Positions 12,209 through 25,671 of a DNA stretch of 64,000 nucleotides are shown here, piece after piece. Position numbers and translations under genes: made by a program. This stretch comes from Eledone cirrhosa (taxonomy: Eukaryota): positions 11,284,001-11,348,000 of the forward strand of contig OZ024756.1 of the NCBI GenBank assembly GCA_964016885.1. Direction: 5' to 3'. Position 1 is the first letter of the stretch. Each line of letters starts with the position of its first letter. The notes below the pieces were generated by a model. That model worked only from the letters and a program-made list of their open reading frames with translations, was not told the origin of the DNA and did not search any database.

Positions 12209-14058
12209 ATGGCGGAAAAGATGGCAGACATGTCTGCCATTAGCTCTGCCACGCCCCCCAAGTCTGAAGAACAAAAAATAATTACAACAAAATTAGACAA
12301 CGAAACAAACAAGGAAAATGAAAAAACAAATGTTAAGGAAAATGAGCAAACGGAAAACAAACAAACAGAAAATAATACAAATAACAACAGGGCAACTTTC
12401 GCCCAGAAAACAAAACAGTCCATAACATACACACCAATTGACTTAACTGCCGCCAGAGAAAAACTGGCCGAAGCGAAAAAACAAATAGTCTTGGGGGAGA
12501 ACGGAATGTTTTCCATTAACTCCCCCCCCCCCCCCCCAGAATTCAAGAAAGCGAGAACAGAGAGCACAGTTCTCTTCAGAACTATATTGAACCAAACAAG
12601 AAAGCCAGCACAGCCCAGCCAAATGGAAATAGAGTTGGTCCTAAAAGACTATATGAAGAATATTCTCTTCATACGAAAGGACCGACTCTATGGCAGCATT
12701 TCGGTCTTAACAAAAGACAAGGAAACGGCACAGAAGCTTTCCCTAAGCCCACTCTCATCGACAACATACAGCTTCTATCCCTCCTACATGGGTAGAAGAA
12801 CACAGAGAGTAAAAGTAAAAACAATGCTGCCCACAATGGACTTCTGGTGGGCTATTGCTGGCTTCATAGACATGGGCGAAGACACAATGCTGTCAATGGG
12901 GAAGGCAACTGGAGATGCGTTCCTGGGAATGGGCCTCGACATACTAGTCCAAATGAGGCCCGAAAGAATAGCACAAATCCCGGATCGCATCTGGCTGGAT
13001 GACCTCACCCCAATAGATATAATTGTAGAGGGGAGAAGACCAGCATGCTATTTATGCACGGAAAGGGGACACGTTAAGGCTAACTGCCCGAAACGTATCC
13101 CCCAAAAAGGACTATTGCCCACACCCACCACAAACAGTACACCAACACCACCCACCTCCAAAAATACACTAATACCACACACAGCAAACAAAATACAGAC
13201 ACCACCAACCACAAACACAACACAAACATCACCACCACCAGCACCAAACACAAGCACGACACAAAAATCACCACCACCATCACCAACCACAACACAAACA
13301 TCACCACCACCATCACCAACCACAAGCACGACACAAACATTACCACCACCACCACCACAAAACCCATTCCAAACAAATAATAAAAAAAACAGTAACAAAT
13401 CTACCCCTCCCGCAAAAAACAACAACCACACAACACGTCCCTCCCACCTAGCGCTGAAGAGTTTCCCCCAACTTCTGAAGAAGAAGGAGGAGAAGCCTTC
13501 AGACAAGTTAAAAGAAAAAAAAGAAAACACACACCCAGCACACCACAAATAACCCACACACAAACACCAACTCCAATCAAAAACACCCCACCCTCAACAA
13601 ACAAAAATAAATCTGCGCCTCCCCTCTCCGAAACATTGACAGCATCACAAAAAAAGACGTTGCAATACACATATATAAATAAAGAAAACAAAAAACTGGT
13701 TAAATTAATAAACAATAACCCTATGGTGCAGACCGAAGGGCCAAACTTTATCTCAACAGAGAACTTCACCCATTTAAAAATGATAAAGGTCCCTCTGGAC
13801 CTTTATCGTTCCTTAAAAGAACAATTTAGACAGGACGTGAGCCCCCACTGTTTAAAACTGTTAAATCGCGTCCTCTTGAAAGATTTCCCCATAACCGCCC
13901 CTCTCCCTGACACAACTCCAAATACCCCAACCCCACCACACACGGGTACCCCCACACCACCACAAAACATCCCTCCACCCAACACACCTGATGCCATGGA
14001 AATTACACAACCCGGAGAGGTAGGTGCTTTTCTTTCTTCACTTTCAACACCAAAATAG
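12209..14058 (+). pseudogene. Tx1 ORF1 copy 2 (frameshift near 13420)
   Basis: ORFs 12182-13552 and 13636-14058; intact CX2CX4HX4C knuckle CYLCTERGHVKANC. Confidence 0.75.
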
Positions 14059-14063
14059 ATCAA

Positions 14064-17000
14064 TTGAGAGTTGGCTGTTTGAACGCGCGTGGCCTGGGCT
14101 CAGCTTGGAAGCAAGCGAAGCTTCTAAGTGACCTCAGGTCACAAAGTATAGATGTGATGGTTGTTTGCGAGAGTCGGATCAGCAGCGTGAGACAGCTGGC
14201 GCCCGCCTTCGATGACTTTGAGATGCACGCATCTCTCTGTCAACCCGGAGGCGGGGGGCGGGTTGCCGTACTGCTGGATAAACGTCTGACTCTCGACGTA
14301 CAGATTGTTCACTCGGACCCGGGGGGTCGATTACTGGTGCTGGACGTCGGGGGCGGTGAAGGCGGGGCTTTCAGACTGGTCGGTCTTTATGCCCCCTTCG
14401 GGGCGGAAAGAGCCGACTTTTCTAGGAACGTCGCGTTCCCTGCTTTTAGTGGGGGACTGGAATGGAATCCTAGATGCGCGTTGGGACTATGCAGGGGCAT
14501 GTCCCGATAGAGGGGGATGTAGCAGCCTCAAGGGGTTACTCGATCGATTCGACCTGGTCGATAGATTTCGACTAGATTGTCCAACTGCGCCAACCTGGAC
14601 CTGGGCAAACCGCAGTGGACAATCTAGATCGTACCTAGATAGGTTTTTGGTTAGGAGTAAGGATAGGGACGTATTTAGTTGTCCAGAACTGATCATGGTT
14701 GGCTATTCAGATCACAAATTAGTGACCTGCGTGGTCAACCTTGATAGAACGCATAGACAGGGTCCCGGTTACTGGAAGATGAACTTGTCCTTGCCGGCAA
14801 AGAAAGATTACAGGAACCGGATTAGTAGCTTAGTTAAGATGCGGTTGACGGGAGCGATCGTCAACAGCAGGTGGTGGGTATCTCTAAAGAGAGAGATTAG
14901 AGTAAGTTCGATAGGTTACAGTAAGGAACTAGCGGCGAATAGAAATAGGAAGGAAAGGGAGTTAACAGATAAACTAGAAGAGGCGATTAGGAGCGGAGAC
15001 GTGGCCAGAGTGTTAGCGGCGAGAACGGCATTGAGCCAGTTCTTTGACGTGAAGCACGAAGGCTGCGTTGTCCGAAGTAAAATACGTGCTTTAGGAAACG
15101 AGGGGACCAAAGCTGTTAGCTGGGCCCGCGTGACAGAAGCCAAGAGTGGGATTAAATCCACCATTCGGTCTTTGCGAGACCAGGATGGACGGGTGATCCT
15201 TGAACCTGAGCGGATGTGCGAGGCCTTTCAAAGGCACTTTGTTCGACTGTTCGGAGGGGGCGGGGGGCCGGACGGGGATGTGGACTTCGGTCCATACCTC
15301 GACGGTCTACCGCGTCTTTCGAGAGGCGAAGCGAGGTGCTGCGAAAGGCCAATCACAGCCACTGAAATCAGGGAAGCGCTCAGCCAATGCAGCAGACGCA
15401 AATCCCCGGGTCTCGATGGTCTACCATACGAACTTTATTTAGCTATGCCGGTCTTGTTCTCCGAACTATCCCGTCCAGGTCCATTCACGACAACCTCCAC
15501 CTCATGCGATACATCATAGAGAGGGTTGGCAACGAACCCGGCTTTGGTGGGGCCCTGATCAACTTGGATCAATCTAAGGCGTTCGATAGGGTCGACCATG
15601 GTTACCTGGATGCGGTGCTAGCGGCGGCGGGCTTCGGACCCGTTTTCAGGGGCTGGATTTCTGCCATGCACAGTGGCAACATCTACTCTAGGATTAAAGT
15701 AAACGGCTACCTCTCGGAGCCGTTTCAAATCACCCGGTCCATCAGACAGGGGTGCCCCTCTCCTCCCTTCTGTACGTATTGACTCTCGAGCCACTGCTGC
15801 GGAAGTTGGAGTTGCTGCGGGGCATACCCCTGGAACCGGGATTGCACAAAGCGGTCTCGGCCTATGCCGACGACGTAACAGTAATGGTGGCGGACGCCTC
15901 GGAAATCGGGGCGATCGCCACCCTACTGGAGGAATACGAAAGGCTGACGGGGGCTAGGCTGAACCGGGACAAGTCAGTCGGTTTGCAACTCGGAACGTGG
16001 AGGGGCAAACTGATGCCGTTAGACGGTGTCGTCGGGCGGTGGACGGAGGGCCCGGTGAAGCTGCTCGGGGTCTGGTTCGGACCGGACCTCCAGGTGGAGA
16101 AGAATTGGGGCGAGGTGACGAGCAGGGTGTTTGCGCTGACCCAGAAGTGGGCCAAGTGCAAACTATCACTGAAAGGTCGGGCGGAGGTGACGAACGCTTA
16201 CATAGCGTCCGTCATCTACTACCGCCTGACCGTCATGCCTTGCTCCAAGGAAAAGCTCACCATCATGGAACGCATGCTCTTCCAGTTCCTCTGGAAGAAG
16301 CGGCCTCCCATGGTGAGGAGATCCATCTGCTGCCAGCACCCTTCGAAAGGAGGGCTGGGTATGCCGTGGCTGTTGATGCGTAGGCACGCATTGAGGCTAC
16401 GGCATCTACAGGTATTCCTCAACGGTCAGCCGGTGTGGGCCCCGTTTGTGAGGCGAGCCTTCCCACAGCTCGTCTCGCTCACCGAACTGCAATCCTGGGT
16501 GAAGCAAAGACCGAGAAAACTGGGCAACTGGCACACCGAGTGTGCCCAGGCGCTCACGGCTATCTGGCAAGCGGACCCGACTATCAGTGGAGAATCCACC
16601 TCGACATTCTATAGAGGGTTGGTGGCTAGCAAGGGCGACGACACCCTTGGAGAGTCGCTAGGCATGGAGGAGGACGAACTGGCCAGCCTGTTCGGTAGAA
16701 CTTTCGACCCGGGACCCATGGACAACTTCCAGAGGTCCCTAGCCTGGCAGTGTTACCGGGGGGGCTCTGCCCGTTCGAGAAAAGCTCTACAGACACGGGC
16801 GCCCGGGCAGGGATCCCGCGAAAAAGATCTGTCCCAGATGCGTGCGCGACGAGGAATCCGTTGCGCATGCACTGGTACACTGCCCGGGCGTTGCTGATCT
16901 GTGGGGCTACGTCGAACGACTACTGTCGCGTGTGGTGCCGATTCGATTAACCGCCAAGTCTGTGGTGAACATCAAGCCGCCTCCTCCCTTCAGAAATGAA

Positions 17001-17246
17001 GCAGAGGCGGTCTTTCTGTGCGTAATAGCCATGATGAAAGAGGTTGTGTGGTGGACGCGCCTGAAAGGTCTGAGGTCGGGTGACTTTCTCTCCGGCCATC
17101 ACCTGGTTTACTTCTTCCGATACCACTTCGGAAGAAGGATCAGGATGGAGAGAGAAGTGCTTGGCCCCAGACAGTTTTATGAAAGGTGGGTGAAAGAAGC
17201 GAGAATGGCCCGTGTAAATGGGCCTTCTCTCTACATTGTTCTGTAG
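14064..17246 (+). pseudogene. Tx1 ORF2 copy 2, disrupted
   Basis: Fragmented over ORFs starting 14064, 14305, 15387, 15752 and 16842; the N-terminal RT region including FRPITLLN is deleted. Confidence 0.9.
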
Positions 17247-17509
17247 GTGAAGAAGTGAAGAGGAAAGGGGGAGCGCCTCCTCTCCGGGATTCCCCCGCGA
17301 AAAGAGTTGCACACTTTTCGGGGGTATGTGCAATCCCCAACACGCCCCCTCCCTTTTGAGGACTTTTTATTGTTATATTATTATTGTTATTCCTTTTTTC
17401 TTTACTCGATTTATGTAAACTCCCCCACTGTGTAAATGTCCCCTTCTTTTGTGCCCTCGTGGCAAATAAATAGAAATTTATCTATCTATCTATCTACCTG
17501 TCTGTCTGT

Positions 17510-18290
17510 AGTTTTATGAAAGGTGGGTGAAAGTGGCGAGAATGGCCCGAGTGAATGGGCCTTCTCTCTATATCAGTCTGTAGGTTAAGGAAAAAGAGGA
17601 AGAGAGGAAAGGGGTACAAACTCTTCGTATTCCTGTAGATGAGGGTTGCACATTTTTTCGGGCGTAAGTAACCTGTGGAACTATGCAGAACAACTGCTGT
17701 CGTGTATGGGACAAATCCAGTTGACTGCCGAGTCCATAGTAAGGATCAAACCGCTAACCTCTTTCAAAAACGAAAGAGAGGCGGTTTTCCTCTGTATAGT
17801 GGCTATGGTGAAAGAGGTTATATGGTGGACGAGATTGAGAGGACTGAGGACAGATGCCTTTCTCTCTGGACAATTGAATCAACAATTGATTCCCTTCTTT
17901 AGGTACCAATTTAGAAGGAGAATCAGAGTGGAGAGGCACTGCACCTCAGTAAATTTACTGAAAGGTGGGTGAATGAAGCGAAAATGGCCCGAGTGATTGG
18001 GCCTTCTCTGTTTATAAACCTGTAGGTTGAAGAAGAGAGAAAAAGGAAGAAAGGAGCACTTGCCCAATACGCTCCTGGAGTTGAGGGTTGTTCTATCTAC
18101 AGGGTATAAAACAACCCATTTGTAACACCTCCCCACTATTGGGTATTTTGATTGTTTAATTTGTTTGTTGAAAATGAAAATATATTTTTTACACGATTGT
18201 ATGTAAAATCCCCGGCATGTGTCCTGTATTGTCCCCTTTTCTTGTGTGTCCTTGTGGCAAGTAAAGAAATATGTCTATCTATCTACCTAT
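17510..18290 (+). mobile_element. Two further Tx1-family 3' fragments
   Basis: 17510-17660 repeats the ORF2 end (FYERWVKVARMARVNGPSLY); 17665-18270 encodes LWNYAEQLLS...EVIWWTRL and ends in a TATC tail. Confidence 0.8.
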
Positions 18291-18296
18291 CAGTCA

Positions 18297-18336
<40 letters not shown>

Positions 18337-19150
18337 GAAACAGCAGTATTGTTATAGAACCAAATAAAATACAAAATGTGTGTCTAAGTTCAAAGCTGTG
18401 CCAAGAAGATGACAGACTTCCATCACCATTTTTAATTGGGTTGAACCAAGACTATATCCAGGTGAGATGATATACCTTCATACCTTTGTTACTCTCAGAC
18501 CGGGGTGGGGTTAATGTAGGTGAGAACATATCTGGACGTGGGGAGGGGGGAGGGGGGTAGAAAGCGTGTGAGGTGTGTGAGGTGGGGGGGGGGGGGGGGT
18601 TATCAGGGGGAGACGTCTCTCATCTGTGTATCTTTTGTTTCCATCACATTGGCAGAAATTGTTTCCTGTGATACAGTTCTTTATTTCTTCTGCTTGGTTT
18701 AACACCTTATGTGTTCAGCTAACCTGCAGAGGGAGAGGCTGAGAGAAGAATCTTGTTTCTCTTGTTGTTGTTGTTGTTGTTGTTTGTGGTAATATGACAG
18801 GAAATGAACAGAAAATTAGAAAGAAAAAAAAAGTAATAATAATAATAATATTAATAATACATTATTTCAGCAATGGAATTACATAGTGTTGTTGGGGGGG
18901 TGGTGGTGGTTTTGGTTGTAGAGGTGGTGGTGGTGGTGGTGGTGGTGGTGGTGGTGGTAGAGGTGGTGTTTGTAGATATAAATGAGGGTGGGGGGTGGGG
19001 AAGGGCGGGTGAGGGGTGGCTGAGGGGTGGTGAGGGTGGGTGATGGGTGCTGGACCTAGGGTGCAGCAGTAATGGGGTTGCACCCCACAGACGAGAACTT
19101 ATAATCATAAACAGACATGAACATTAATACACACACATAGAATAGACTAC

Positions 19151-19356
19151 ATACAGATGCTATTGACGGACATGAAAGTACTCAATACTGGAGTAAAGTT
19201 AAAATATTCTTTATAATGTCTAAGAGTGGAGTCTTGTTACTCTGGGGTTTCACCCGTGACTGTACACAACATCATCAAACAAGACATTATAAAGAATATT
19301 TAAACTTTACTTCAGTATTGAGTACTTATTCTCATGTCCGTCAATAGCATATGTAT
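19151..19356. mobile_element. Short inverted-arm PLE-like element with hammerhead-like motif
   Basis: Arms ~19151-19220 and ~19283-19356; the loop read on minus is GTCTTGT-TTGATGA-...-GAAA-CCCCAGAG-TA-ACAAGAC. Confidence 0.55.
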
Positions 19357-19428
19357 ATATCATCATCATCGTCTTCATTTTAATGTCTCCTTTCCCTGTC
19401 AGCAAGGGTTGGACAGGTCTGTATAGAC

Positions 19429-19680
19429 CAGAGGTTCTCAAACTTTTGGGGCCACGGCTCCCCCTCACGGCCAGGTAATACCATCAGCGCCCCCCCCCCC
19501 CCACCATCAGTCTATGATTACACATCCAAACCTTACTAGCAGAGAAAGTAGACATTAAACAATGATGGAGATGATGTTAGTTTATCATTAGTAACATAGA
19601 TGTAAAAAAATGTGATTTTGCCAATAAGAATAAAGACATCTATGAGATTGTGTAGAATCTACACAGTCTCAAAGATGTCT
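19429..19680 (+). mobile_element. hAT-like transposon end
   Basis: CAGAGGTTCTCAAACTTTT...GGCCACGGCTCCCC terminal motif; no partner end identified. Confidence 0.4.
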
Positions 19681-19845
19681 ATATTATAGATGTCTATATG
19701 TCTATATTATAGATGTCTATATGACTATATTATAGATGTCTAGATGTCTATATTATAGATGTCTAGATGTCTATATTATAGATGTCTATATGTCTATATT
19801 ATAGATGTCTATATGACTATATTATAGATGTCTATATGTCTATAT
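19673..19845. repeat. 23-bp minisatellite, ~7 copies
   Basis: Unit TATTATAGATGTCTATATGTCTA; same family as 23417-24559. Confidence 0.9.
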
Positions 19846-21255
19846 CTGTTAGAACACGAAAAGTGTGAAACAACAGAATGTTCACTTTTCGTGTTCTAAC
19901 ATATATGCCTAGCTTCTTTAAAAATTTTTCGGGGATAGCCGTGGTGGTGGTGATCGTATGTCATTGGCTAATTTTCAACCAATCAGAGTACCTCTCTCTA
20001 TATCTCTTCCACTGTTACTTACGCCTGTTTCTCTCTATCTGTTCCGTCTCTATATATATCTCTTACTCTTTCGCTTTGCACTCCTCCCCTTCAATACCAT
20101 CTCTCCCCCTCTCTATATATTTGTTACTCTATCGCTGCACGCTCCTCTCCTTCAATATATCAATTACACACGCTTTACACTCCTTTATCCCCAGCGCCCC
20201 TATATATACACCCCCCCTCTCCCGCATCTATATTTTAATGTACCGTTGCACCGTGAATATATGTGTCTATATATATATACATATATATTGTATATACACA
20301 TTCATGTATGTGTATACACACTCATGTATGTATATACACTGGTTTTATGTGTGTATTGTAAATTTGTACTGTTAAAACACGAAACTAACATTCGATTGAC
20401 ACTTTGATTACCTGTACAGGCAATAGTTATTAGAATGCTGTTGAAGTGTGTATATATTTTTTGGGGACATCCTGTATATACACACATTATATATAATACA
20501 ATAAACAGATAAATACACACATATATATATGAGCTTATTTAATTATAAATATTGTGAATTTTTAACTCAGTTCAATTATATATATAAATGGCTTCTACAG
20601 GACTAGAACTGTTTCATTCGAAAGAAATCATCATAATATTGAGAGGGGGGACTAGATAAAATATTTCAAATCAAATGTGTATAAGTTATAAGTTAAAATG
20701 TATAAATAGAGACGATAGTGGAGGTATATCTGTTTAGTGGAACAGTAGACGATAGAATTAAATACAGACGATAATCTCCCTTTAATGAAACAGCAGACGA
20801 TAGAATTAAGGCAATTTAAATTTTAAGCATTTGCATTTTTGCCTTTCATCGTTACGGGGTCGATAAAATAAAGTACCAGTAATACACTGTCACTAGACGA
20901 CTTTCAAATTGAATTGTTGGTTCCATTTCTTTAGTATTTTCAATTGTAGTTATCTACTTAAAAAGCGTTACACGGTTAGAGACATAATTCGTAAGTTATA
21001 TCTTCCCTATTAAACCATTGCATTATTTCGCCTACAATAGAACAAAAATGAAATGTTCTTTAAAGAAACAGGAATATAACTTTATAAAAAAAAAAGTTGC
21101 ATCCGCTTCTTTTATCATTGATAATTTTTTCGTTTTAATATTAATTGTTTTTTGTAGTTGTTTATATTAAAAATCTTACTGTAATATTTACTTAAACGAA
21201 GGCAAACATCTAAACTTATAGATTAATCTTGAGCGAAGGACTAGATAAATCTCTC

Positions 21256-21346
<91 letters not shown>

Positions 21347-21739
21347 GAAGAATGATAAAATTTCAAGCAAAGAGTTTAATTAGGTATATTTTGTAATATT
21401 ATTAACTAATTATTATAATTAACGCGCATATTTTGCTATCCTCAAACACGTTTACACATGGCATGAAATATAACTAATCCGAGATGGCTAGGTTTCATCT
21501 TCTAACTGGATATACGAAATCCATTGTCTTGACAACAACATGAGGTAACATTATATTATTCACAGACACACTTTGTACACTGTTCCATATCAGAATGTAT
21601 TTCCTTCGTCACATTCACAAACAGTATTGAAAATATGTTCTTCGGCAAATAAAAATGTTTTGTTCATAATATTTCAACTAGCGATTGCTCTACTCCACGC
21701 ACGACCACCATAAATTAATGACCAGCTCAACACAAGTAT

Positions 21740-21905
21740 TGGTAGAGCGTCAGACACCATGCTTTGCAGTATTGTTATGGTCCTTTGCATTCTAAGTTCA
21801 AATCCTGCCGAGGTTAACTTCGACTTTCATACTTACTAATTCGATAAAATAAAGTACCAGTAATGGACTGCCGTAATGGATTTGTGCCGAAAAATAGAAA
21901 CACTA
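21740..21905 (+). mobile_element. Diverged Meta-like SINE
   Basis: AAGTTCAAATCCTGCCGAGGTTAACTT...CGATAAAATAAAGTACCAG. Confidence 0.7.
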
Positions 21906-22459
21906 TTAATGTGCAATAAGAGCAAAATATAACGACATTGCTCAATTATTTTATCTAATGTTGTAATAACACAAGGTAATGTTGTTTGTGTATTTTTTTT
22001 TTCATATTTGCTCATAGGCTTTTACAATTTCGCTCAGCCAACAACTATTAAAAAGTGAGTTGCTTAAGATAACAATTTAATCACAAATTGTTGCTATCTT
22101 TTAATACACTCCAACAAGTCATCAAATTATGTACAATAAAAACAAATCTTATTAATTTGCTCAGGGAATATAAAGAAAATGTATATACACTGATAATTGC
22201 AATTGTATGTAAATATTTTGTTTTTGTATTGTATATTTTATGTTTTCTATTATGTATAATATATTGATTTAATATTGATTGTTTTTTGTAGTTGTTTATA
22301 TTAAAAGTCTGAAAATATTTTTATACATCTTACACTAATATTTATAAGATAATTTATAATAACAATTACATAATCTAATTACATTACAACGATAATTTAT
22401 TATTAATATATATCCTGTTTAACTAGAGTTATTACAAGCGTTGCCTTAAAAAAATATTA

Positions 22460-23418
22460 AACTAGACATGAAAAATGCGCAAGCTCAAAAGTGCCACAGA
22501 ATGTTATAATAAACCTTCAAAAGTGTGGGACTAGAGTTGTTGCTAAAAAATATTGTAATCATTATATATCGTACATTCTGTGGCATCCTTTATAAAAATA
22601 GCTTAAACCAACGAAGCCTTTATTTTTACGCTATTTCACTTAGTTAATTCTTAGAGTGTAACATATAAAAATAAATACATCTATGTTTAATGTAATAACA
22701 GCTATAAATAATTACGTAATATTATTATCATATACTCATAGTAACAAAATAATTGTGTTGAAACTTAATATGATGCTTATATGAACGATCAAATCTATAA
22801 TGATAATTTCTTAAATATACTAATAGTAAAATAATTTAGTTATCTATTGTTACATTTTCATAGAACTATAATATTAACAATCGTATTGCATTATCAAATT
22901 TTTATCACTACAAACTTTCATATTGGAATTACCTTAAGCCACTTATTATTACTTCGCTTTCGTACTTTTACAGCTGTAGATATTGCGCTGTATCTTATAT
23001 CTAATATCAATATCTCGTGGTAATTTGCATGAAGTGTAAAATAGGTTTATTAATAACTTTAATATGAAATGTATTATACAGGGCTGCGGAGTCGGCCAAA
23101 AATTGACTGGCTCCAACTCAGGATCCGATACTCCATTATTTCCTAAATTTCAGCTCCGCAGCTCTGTTATTATATTAATTAATTTATTTTATAGTTGTAA
23201 ATCATATTTTTATATGTTACACTCTAAGAATTAACTAAGTGAAATAGCGTAAAAATAAAGGCTTCGTTGGTTTAAGCTATTTTTATAAAGGATGCCACAG
23301 AATGTACGATATATAATGATTACAATATTTTTTAGCAACAACTCTAGTCCCACACTTTTGAAGGTTTATTATAACATTCTGTGGCACTTTTGAGCTTGCG
23401 CATTTTTCATGTCTAGTT
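22460..23418. repeat. 214-bp inverted duplication (22460-22673 / 23205-23418)
   Basis: The arms read as exact reverse complements by eye. Confidence 0.85.
23079..23166. mobile_element. 88-bp hAT-like MITE
   Basis: TIRs CAGGGCTGCGGAG / CTCCGCAGCTCTG; 8-bp flanks GTATTATA / TTATTATA. Confidence 0.7.
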
Positions 23419-24559
23419 ATAGATGTCTATATGTCTTTATTATAGATGTCTATATGTCTTTATTATAGATGTCTATATGTCTTTATTATAGATGTCTAGA
23501 TGTCTTTATTATAGATGTCTATATGTCTTTATTATAGATGTCTAGATGTCTTTATTATAGATGTCTAGATGTCTTTATTATAGATGTCTATATGTCTATA
23601 TTATAGATGTCTATATGTCTATATTATAGATGTCTAGATGTCTTTATTATAGATGTCTAGATGTCTTTATTATAGATGTCTATATGTCTTTATTATAGAG
23701 GTCTAGATGTCTTTATTATAGATGTCTAGATGTCTTTATTATAGATGTCTAGATGTCTTTATTATAGATGTCTATATGTCTTTATTATAGATGTCTATAT
23801 GTCTATATTATAGAGGTCTAGATGTCTTTATTATAGATGTCTATATGTCTTTATTATAGATGTCTAGATGTCTTTATTATAGATGTCTAGATGTCTTTAT
23901 TATAGATGTCTATATGTCTATATTATAGATGTCTATATGTCTATATTATAGATGTCTAGATGTCTTTATTATAGATGTCTATATGTCTTTATTATAGAGG
24001 TCTAGATGTCTTTATTATAGATGTCTAGATGTCTTTATTATAGATGTCTAGATGTCTTTATTATAGATGTCTATATGTCTTTATTATAGAGGTCTAGATG
24101 TCTTTATTATAGATGTCTAGATGTCTTTATTATAGATGTCTAGATGTCTTTATTATAGAGGTCTATATGTCTTTATTATAGATGTCTAGATGTCTTTATT
24201 ATAGATGTCTATATATCTATATTATAGACGTCTATATGTCTTTATTATAGATGTCTAGATGTCTTTATTATAGATGTCTAGATGTCTTTATTATAGAGGT
24301 CTATATGTCTTTATTATAGACGTCTATATGTCTTTATTATAGATGTCTATATATCTATATTATAGACGTCTATATGTCTATATTATAGATGTCTATATGT
24401 CTATATTATAGATGTGTAGATGTCTATATTATAGATGTCTATATGTCTATATTATAGATGTGTAGATGTCTTTATTATAGATGTCTAGATGTCTATATTA
24501 TAGATGTCTATATGTCTTTATTATAGACGTCTATATGTCTATATTATAGATGTCTATAT
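23417..24559. repeat. 23-bp satellite, ~49 copies
   Basis: Unit TATTATAGATGTCTA(T/G)ATGTCT(T/A). Confidence 0.95.
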
Positions 24560-24606
24560 AAATGCTTAATATACATATGCAATATATTTGTAAAAAAAAG
24601 AAAAAA

Positions 24607-24789
24607 ATTGTTTCCCAAAGTGGGCGCTGCTTTGATATGGGGGCGGGGGGCAGTGTAGTATTAAAAAAAAGAAAAAAAGAAGCTATTTATTGTTTAAAAT
24701 TTAAACAATAAATAGCTTGTTTTTTTTCTTTTTTTTAATACTACACTGCCCCCCCCCCTATCAAAACACCGCCCACTTTGGGAAACAAT
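24607..24789. mobile_element. Palindromic hAT-like MITE
   Basis: TGTTTCCCAAAGTGGGCG...CGCCCACTTTGGGAAACA; the whole element is near-palindromic about ~24698. Confidence 0.7.
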
Positions 24790-24918
24790 GGTATAGACCA
24801 AGTCAGTACTGAAGCAAGGTTACTAATACCCGAGACAGACCATGGATCTGTATCTCGCTTGCATACAGTCTCACATTCTACCAAATACACAGGAACGGTT
24901 GTGATGTCTTTAACACAG

Positions 24919-24952
<34 letters not shown>

Positions 24953-25277
24953 TTCATTTGTCAATGATTATATCCCTTAAGATAGCAGTTCTACAAATAG
25001 AAATTGATAAATTAAATACCAGACTTGAAAGGGTTGCTATGATCAACTAAACATGATCATACTCCAATGAAACAAGTAAAAGACAATGTATGTATATCGT
25101 ATTGTGTCCAGTTGCCCTGGGAATCTGTTGTATCAATCTAACATATCTCCAGTGATTGACTGATAAGAGGAGACTGTGTCAGTCATTGTTTACTTGTCTT
25201 CACCTCTATTTCTTATTTATTTTGGAGGATTTTAGCCACATGGGACTCTTTTTTTTTTTAACTGATATATATATATA

Positions 25278-25640
25278 TATTGTTATATTTGGGGAGGGTC
25301 ATATTGTTATGATATTGCCAGAAATAATAACACACACACCCACTGTTTCGTTTGGGTTGGTTTTCGCTTCTGTATCTTTTATATCTCTATAGTTAATTTA
25401 GCTGGCAATCAATGTTTATCATTGATTGACCAACCGTTAAAAATATAGATATGAATATACAAAAATATATATATAGTCTAGTCTATCAAATATACGGAAG
25501 CGAAAACCAACCCAGATCAAAAAGTGAGTGTATTTTATTATACATTTCTGGCAATATTATAACAATATGAGCCTCCCCAAATATAACAATATTTGTTTCA
25601 GCACACGATTTCATATCAAAAACCTTGCAAAACCAATTCA
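25278..25640. mobile_element. PLE-like terminal-repeat family copy with internal inversion
   Basis: Homologous to 46935-47245; ~25278-25375 is inverted at ~25492-25592. Confidence 0.6.
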
Positions 25641-25671
25641 TTGCCAATATATATATATATATATATATATA

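Larger units (their letters stand above)
12005..17496 (+). mobile_element. Tx1-clade LINE copy 2, head-to-tail with copy 1, with internal deletions
   Basis: Same 5' start TGATAGAGTAAGAC and near-identical sequence; 20-bp deletion near 14419 and ~226-bp deletion near 15467; (TATC)n tail. Confidence 0.93.

Noticed and set aside
20595-20640. Functional hammerhead on minus
   Set aside because: ATGATGA core and no convincing stem I; at most a decayed copy
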